This document shows, piece after piece, positions 60,201-64,000 of a DNA stretch of 64,000 bases. A model generated the notes under the pieces. The model was not told the origin of the DNA. It saw only the letters and a list, made by a program, of their open reading frames with translations, and searched no databases. Each line of letters starts with the position of its first letter. Positions within the stretch are counted from its first letter, which is position 1. This DNA is from an uncultured Candidatus Bathyarchaeia archaeon (GTDB lineage Archaea; Thermoproteota; Bathyarchaeia; 40CM-2-53-6; CAVXDP01), in contig CAZLVF010000004.1 in the NCBI GenBank assembly GCA_964562925.1, positions 1,955 through 65,954 of the forward strand, in the 5' to 3' direction. The position numbers and the translations under genes are program-made.

Positions 60201-61047
60201 TGAGGGCGACACGCTAGTCGCGGCCGCAACTGTGTCATCCAACGCGGGATCTTTGACTTCGAACGCAGGTTTGTTCGCTGATGGCAAACAGGTACTGCAA
60301 GATGCTATCCCTGATGGAACTTGGAAATTAGAGTGCGCAGGGCTTGCCGGTCTGATAGGCTATGTGGAGCCAAGCATAGGAAGCGCCGGAGTTCAGGCCG
60401 CTACTCTCTTTTCTCCCAACTACGGTGTTTGGGGTCGCTCTACGTATGCGGGCTCCTACACGGGCCAATGGCTTGTCATGGTGGACTTTGTAAACCGGTA
60501 TTTGCCGGACAGATTCTACCCTCCCGTTCCAGCTCTACTGCAAGGCGAGTACGCCTTCTTCTTGCCGTACAATCACTTGGGACCCTATCGGCAGCAGGCG
60601 TACACAAGTATACCGAACGTCGTGCTTGGCGGTGAAGCCTCTATAGTTTTCGAATTAGATCTCAGAAGTTATGTTCAAGGCACGGTACATGGTCTAGACT
60701 GGAATGATGCTACAAGGACGATCAGTTGGGTGTCGATCGAGTTCAAGACCGACCAAACAACGTACCACTGGTACAGTTGGGATGGATGGTTTGATGGTTA
60801 TCTCGATCCTGGCGAATACTTGACAACTGTGACGGAATGGACCAACCGGAACGAGGGCCACGAATTCTACGAGTTTCGCATAGACGCGGGCACAGGCCAA
60901 ATTAACAGGGCATTTACGATTACATTGGGTTTAACCGGAATACCTATCCCAGAATTCTCAGTATCTCCCATGATTGCAGCTAGTCTTGCGGCAGCGATGA
61001 TTTGGATAAAGTGTAAGTGCAATCCTAGTTGTAGACCCGAATTCTAG
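57211..61047 (+). CDS. Large (1278 aa) secreted glycoprotein, candidate S-layer/surface protein with a C-terminal TM anchor
   Basis: Signal peptide MAQRWAIAILFLVLASGGTVAVQA. The composition is Thr/Ser/Gly/Asn/Tyr-rich with many N-x-S/T sequons. A C-terminal hydrophobic helix is followed by KCKCNPSCRPEF. Confidence 0.55.
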   Translation: MAQRWAIAILFLVLASGGTVAVQAHTTIGNLTGSQPLFRTNDHQSNPTNTFGQAHVLGPVGYVWPGSGLNMYTDVHTHPPGYQSPFITFEQPLQAGANSYAPEGAILTSTSDHESIGDLIFAINFSQPRRFITESNPNPDFNYSTIAIYIPAPVFDKTGALIQDGFEPAGGIDWGAGENTNIVTTITDNYGNIFATRADEDDPFQPGSWIVFIAPTTGINFVAARNWSEWYYVRINQMKAPFVAGRYFFKMFLDDHYPVRSSTPSDYVNSTMPMENWPILLVKGEVDPGMISGTVRHGDVATRALYGQSINLPGKVRAVGFATDPLTGELTGRAVEARGYFNGSAQGHYEIEGVAPGVYDIFASAAGFPEQKVAENVRIFRGQSLVFDAYLKAGLELRGEVFSKDKFGLTNWSGTRPVSVVIYDSDTYGSDSIVTYSPINLTQAPYASYVHGNVRYASTTGYTRLTGEPGVVAGNDAPKKVSFPWEGPLALPAISWAEATASNDPDGTVKDDFGLFNGVGPAQYWWVDQNGYYTNSESNSFRFQFGIRGFYGVPTEMSGMVPQVFATWTDSLTPGRYYIRVFVNGYVQTANDGARFMDYDFIVPNEELSRDISVPIDLWRSSTINVTVHFHDLPSTIEDVPMRGPDPRRFLLAEAFASDGTLAAFNFTQIPVKDRYENLVSEWNITLNGLGMAGPMTVDAALPDSMSRMNVKYSLARYRGLYDYGLPTDTYTIRVFMRGYIQAIPPATSFEELDQPLTVTVSIGTGVADVSTHMYRGGGINVTVFSTDWQRPHVDKEWIWNDASVSALVYDVASANFIDAIYFWNAKIEQWSLPKQDSDFNSIPWPTWKTDFGSGASYLLTNGSTLVDRFGPDVPNPLSDDQTQDMASALFYQENFHIGFLYGSFSYRDSSYRSTLAVYPGVYAVNVGTYGYVQENLARFGTDLGNVQVPVGWIGSIADTSVKLMIGVNFSITMLFKTEGIFSKTPYNTSIRISVFDEGDTLVAAATVSSNAGSLTSNAGLFADGKQVLQDAIPDGTWKLECAGLAGLIGYVEPSIGSAGVQAATLFSPNYGVWGRSTYAGSYTGQWLVMVDFVNRYLPDRFYPPVPALLQGEYAFFLPYNHLGPYRQQAYTSIPNVVLGGEASIVFELDLRSYVQGTVHGLDWNDATRTISWVSIEFKTDQTTYHWYSWDGWFDGYLDPGEYLTTVTEWTNRNEGHEFYEFRIDAGTGQINRAFTITLGLTGIPIPEFSVSPMIAASLAAAMIWIKCKCNPSCRPEF

Positions 61048-61049
61048 CC

Positions 61050-62186
61050 CTACATTCTTCGCTTGGCTAGTACCGTTGCGATTGGAAGCAGAATTAAACT
61101 GCTAAGTAGGAGTATCCCTATGTTGGGAGCTATTGCGTCGATACCAACGCCGAGATAGATAATGCGTCTGAGCGCTTCGTTGCCCCAGGTCCAAGGCAGC
61201 GACCATGATATCGCACGTCCTCCTGGAGCGAGTAGTATCGGTGACGAGACTGCGCCTGAGAGTTGAAAAAGCGGAAAGGTCAATGCAATCTCCAAGATCG
61301 TCAATGTGGCTGAGCTTCGAATCCTTGATGAGAAGACCAGTCCAACGGATAGTGTGAAGATCGCTATTAGGCTGGTAATTAGATAGATCAGGACAAGGCT
61401 ACCTCTAATGACCAATCCTGAGAGCACGAAGATGACAAGCATGAGTGTAGTTCGAATAGCGTTTAGTAATACCGTTGAAGCCATCTTTCCCAAGTAGACG
61501 GATAGAATATTCACAGGTGTGAGGACTAGACGTGGGAAAGTGCCTCGTTCACGTTCTCTGCTTATGGCGTTTACTATGTCATCGAAGGCCCCGAGTATTG
61601 TGATCATACCCAGAAACCCGGGCAGAATAGGATCACCGCTTGGAGGCCGACCGGAAACGGATCTAAGGATCAACTCAACCGACGCGGCTTTGATACCTGA
61701 CAGAGCCCCAGAATAACCGGTTTCAGAAGCCTCACCCAGCATCGCCTGTATGCTACTACTCAAGGCGGCCTGAACCAAGGAAGGCACCATTATCTTGGAA
61801 TTGTCTGTTTGCAGAATAACGAATGTCCGTTGATTATTGAGAAGCGCATCACCGAACCCTCTTGGGATAACAACACCTCCAACGGCAGCGCCTGATTCAA
61901 CAGCATGGAGAACCTGCTCTTCGGTCTGGACAAATTGAGCCACATGAATCAGGGGAGAGATTGTTAGCTTGTCCAAGAGGATCTTTGATACAGGTGAACT
62001 GTCTAGATCAGCTATCACCACAGGTAGATCGTAGCTAGTCGCTCCGAAAGCCGCACTTATTACGATGAATATTGAAATCAAGAGAACCGGAAACATTATG
62101 GTCAAAGCTAGTGAGACCGGATCGCGCGAGAGCTGCTTCAACTCCTTAGCTGCAACAGCCGCTGAGTCTCGAATCAATGCTTTCAT
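61050..62186 (-). CDS. ABC-2 family permease with a large extracytoplasmic loop. The start is trimmed to MKALIRDS, giving a 4-bp overlap with the upstream gene.
   Basis: One N-terminal TM, a ~170-aa loop, then 5 TM helices. The ORF-track start at 62342 overlaps the next gene by 160 nt and is unlikely. Confidence 0.65.
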   Translation of the reverse strand: MKALIRDSAAVAAKELKQLSRDPVSLALTIMFPVLLISIFIVISAAFGATSYDLPVVIADLDSSPVSKILLDKLTISPLIHVAQFVQTEEQVLHAVESGAAVGGVVIPRGFGDALLNNQRTFVILQTDNSKIMVPSLVQAALSSSIQAMLGEASETGYSGALSGIKAASVELILRSVSGRPPSGDPILPGFLGMITILGAFDDIVNAISRERERGTFPRLVLTPVNILSVYLGKMASTVLLNAIRTTLMLVIFVLSGLVIRGSLVLIYLITSLIAIFTLSVGLVFSSRIRSSATLTILEIALTFPLFQLSGAVSSPILLAPGGRAISWSLPWTWGNEALRRIIYLGVGIDAIAPNIGILLLSSLILLPIATVLAKRRM

Positions 62187-63331
62187 GCCACAAGCCTCTC
62201 CCGCGACGACTTGAGAAGAAAATAAGCAACACCGTAGAAGATCACAATAGCAACTACGACAAATATCAGTTGGAAGGTCATCGTAGAGAGAGGTTGCCCA
62301 ACTAGCATCGCCCGCTTCAAAATCTCGATCCCGTATGCCCAAGGTAGCGAATAGGAAATTGCCCGTGAGATACCTGTCAATAGCTCTCTATCTATCATGA
62401 ACCCACTGAATGCAAACAAGAAAAGCACAAAGAGGAATTCTATGATGACAATAGCCCTGACGCCAAAACCGAATGCGGAGATCATGAATGCAAAACCCAT
62501 AGTCAGAACAGCCATAAGTAGCGAAACTGCTAGAATCGTAATGACATCTGTATTCGGTCTCGCTCGGTATAGATACGAAGAGAGACCCAAAACAGTGAAG
62601 GTGCGGATCACGTTTAGACCGAGGTCATACAACGTTTTACCTGTAATTATGGCTCCTAGACTTACGGGACTTACGAGTAAACGAGCGTACGTTCCATCTT
62701 CCGATTCCTTGGAGATTCCTCCAGCTATCTCATAGAACGTTGCGAAGACTATCACTAAACCGAGAACAATTGTTAAGCCAACCACAAAACTCGAGAACAC
62801 AGCTCCCTTGGTCACGATCTCGACTAGAGACGACCCCCCCTCACCGATCGGTTGCACTTCTAGCTCTGGATTGAAGTCGCGCAGATTCTCAAGCAGGCTT
62901 CCTTGGATCTCACCGTCTAGGCCAAGCACGCTGTCGTCTACGTAGACTACTAATTGGCCCACTTGATTGTTCAGCAGCCTTTCCTGAAAACCCTTAGGCA
63001 CAACTATGACAGCGTAGATCTTTCCTGTTCCCAGAGTTGCGATCGCATTCTCCTCTCTGTATCCCTGAATCAGAATATCAAAGTCTCCGGAGCTCGCAAG
63101 TACCCCGTAGACGCGAGCCGAAGCAACCGTTAAATCATTGTCAACAAAGGCCATGGGGATCTTGGCTGTTGGTGAGAATGCTGTTCCAGCCCCACTTCCT
63201 GCTCCAAGGGTCGTGGTGAAGAAGAACGGCAGAATCACCAGCGAAAGTAGCATTGCGGTACGATTGTGCCTTAACACACGAAACTCTTTGACAGTCACCG
63301 TCAAGACGTCACGTAGAAACCTCCTTAGCAT
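62183..63331 (-). CDS. ABC-2 family permease with a large extracytoplasmic loop
   Basis: Same architecture as the neighbouring permease; it is a paralog. Confidence 0.65.
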   Translation of the reverse strand: MLRRFLRDVLTVTVKEFRVLRHNRTAMLLSLVILPFFFTTTLGAGSGAGTAFSPTAKIPMAFVDNDLTVASARVYGVLASSGDFDILIQGYREENAIATLGTGKIYAVIVVPKGFQERLLNNQVGQLVVYVDDSVLGLDGEIQGSLLENLRDFNPELEVQPIGEGGSSLVEIVTKGAVFSSFVVGLTIVLGLVIVFATFYEIAGGISKESEDGTYARLLVSPVSLGAIITGKTLYDLGLNVIRTFTVLGLSSYLYRARPNTDVITILAVSLLMAVLTMGFAFMISAFGFGVRAIVIIEFLFVLFLFAFSGFMIDRELLTGISRAISYSLPWAYGIEILKRAMLVGQPLSTMTFQLIFVVVAIVIFYGVAYFLLKSSRERLVA

Positions 63332-63345
63332 TAGGGACAGAACCT

Positions 63346-64000
63346 TTACTCTACTACGTCTCTGCCAGCGTTTTCGTTCAAGTTGTTCCTTCTCGACGCC
63401 TTCTCAAGAAAACGATCTATCTCTTCTTCGCCTCCCGTTAACTTGATGAAAGCTTCCTCAAGTGTAGGATCCTTTGTGTTGATGGCTCTGATCTTGACGC
63501 CTTCGGACATAAGGATCTGCGTAATTTTCTCCGTAAACTCCTCATCTCTCTCGCAGCTGATGCGGAGTATAGGCGCTTCATATCTGATGTTGCAGACTTC
63601 AGCGATGTTTCGAAGCTTTTCAATCTGTTGAGATGAGATGTTTGGAGCTTCAATCTCCACAACAGAAAGTTCACTGACTTTGCGTTTGAGATCGCTTGGA
63701 GACCCTATCTGGATCATCCTACCTCCGTGTATGATCCCTACACGGTCACAGATCTTCTCCGGTTCAGACATGTAGTGAGTTGTCCAGACTATTGTGACGC
63801 CCTTGTTGCAGAGTTCGCGTGCAAAATCTCTGAGGGCGGTTGCGGATTGAGGATCTAGACCACTGGTCACTTCATCCAAGAAGAGAATTCTGGGCCTGTG
63901 AAGTAGCGCCGCAGATATTAGAGCTTTCTTGGTCCATCCTGACGAGAGGGTTCCTACCTGCCGCTTCGCTTTCTCTCTGAAATCAAATAGATCCAGTAGT
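63346..64000 (-). CDS. ABC transporter ATP-binding protein, C-terminal part. The gene continues past the window end.
   Basis: The frame stays open through 64000, reading ...AALLHRPRILFLDEVTSGLD (Walker B / D-loop). Confidence 0.8.
   Translation of the reverse strand, partial: LLDLFDFREKAKRQVGTLSSGWTKKALISAALLHRPRILFLDEVTSGLDPQSATALRDFARELCNKGVTIVWTTHYMSEPEKICDRVGIIHGGRMIQIGSPSDLKRKVSELSVVEIEAPNISSQQIEKLRNIAEVCNIRYEAPILRISCERDEEFTEKITQILMSEGVKIRAINTKDPTLEEAFIKLTGGEEEIDRFLEKASRRNNLNENAGRDVVE

Noticed and set aside
1-64000. CRISPR arrays, IS elements, integrases, toxin–antitoxin pairs
   Set aside because: No regularly spaced direct repeats, transposase or integrase motifs, or HEPN/PIN-type small pairs were seen anywhere in the window.

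Overview
The window looks like a core chromosomal region of an archaeon, roughly 50% GC. Supporting evidence: topoisomerase VI A and B, the aIF2beta–aIF1A–Rio1–KH gene block, ABCE1, F420/H4MPT enzymes, S-layer-like glycoproteins with C-terminal TM anchors, and an intron-containing tRNA with encoded CCA. Most of the content is housekeeping. This includes translation initiation factors, MetRS, an AlaX editing protein, t6A/ms2t6A tRNA-modification genes (Sua5, MtaB-like, THUMP), FtsZ, glycine-cleavage P protein (gcvPA/PB), a 4-subunit 2-oxoacid:ferredoxin oxidoreductase, Pgk, RpiA, GGPP synthase, and several transporters (two paralogous APC permeases, an MFS, four ABC-2 exporter modules). The stretches that deserve a second look are: (i) a compact C1/redox locus containing a three-subunit group-4-type [NiFe] hydrogenase module that keeps both Ni-binding CxxC motifs but has no membrane subunits, facing an FpoF/FrhB-like F420 subunit and an MtdA–Mer fusion protein; (ii) a metallophosphoesterase + Pol-beta-type nucleotidyltransferase gene pair; (iii) a MoaD/SAMP-like Gly-Gly protein immediately upstream of a MiaB/MtaB-family methylthiotransferase; (iv) an intergenic cluster with an intron-containing tRNA-Thr and a ~164-nt hairpin-rich element bounded by a perfect 9-nt inverted repeat; (v) a homopyrimidine 18-nt tandem-repeat tract; (vi) a radical SAM gene split by a frameshift; and (vii) a cell-surface locus at the 3' end where three ABC-2 modules surround a CARDB-repeat protein and a 1278-aa S-layer-like glycoprotein. 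No CRISPR array, IS element or integrase was seen. All calls rest on motif and architecture recognition by eye; no database search was possible.
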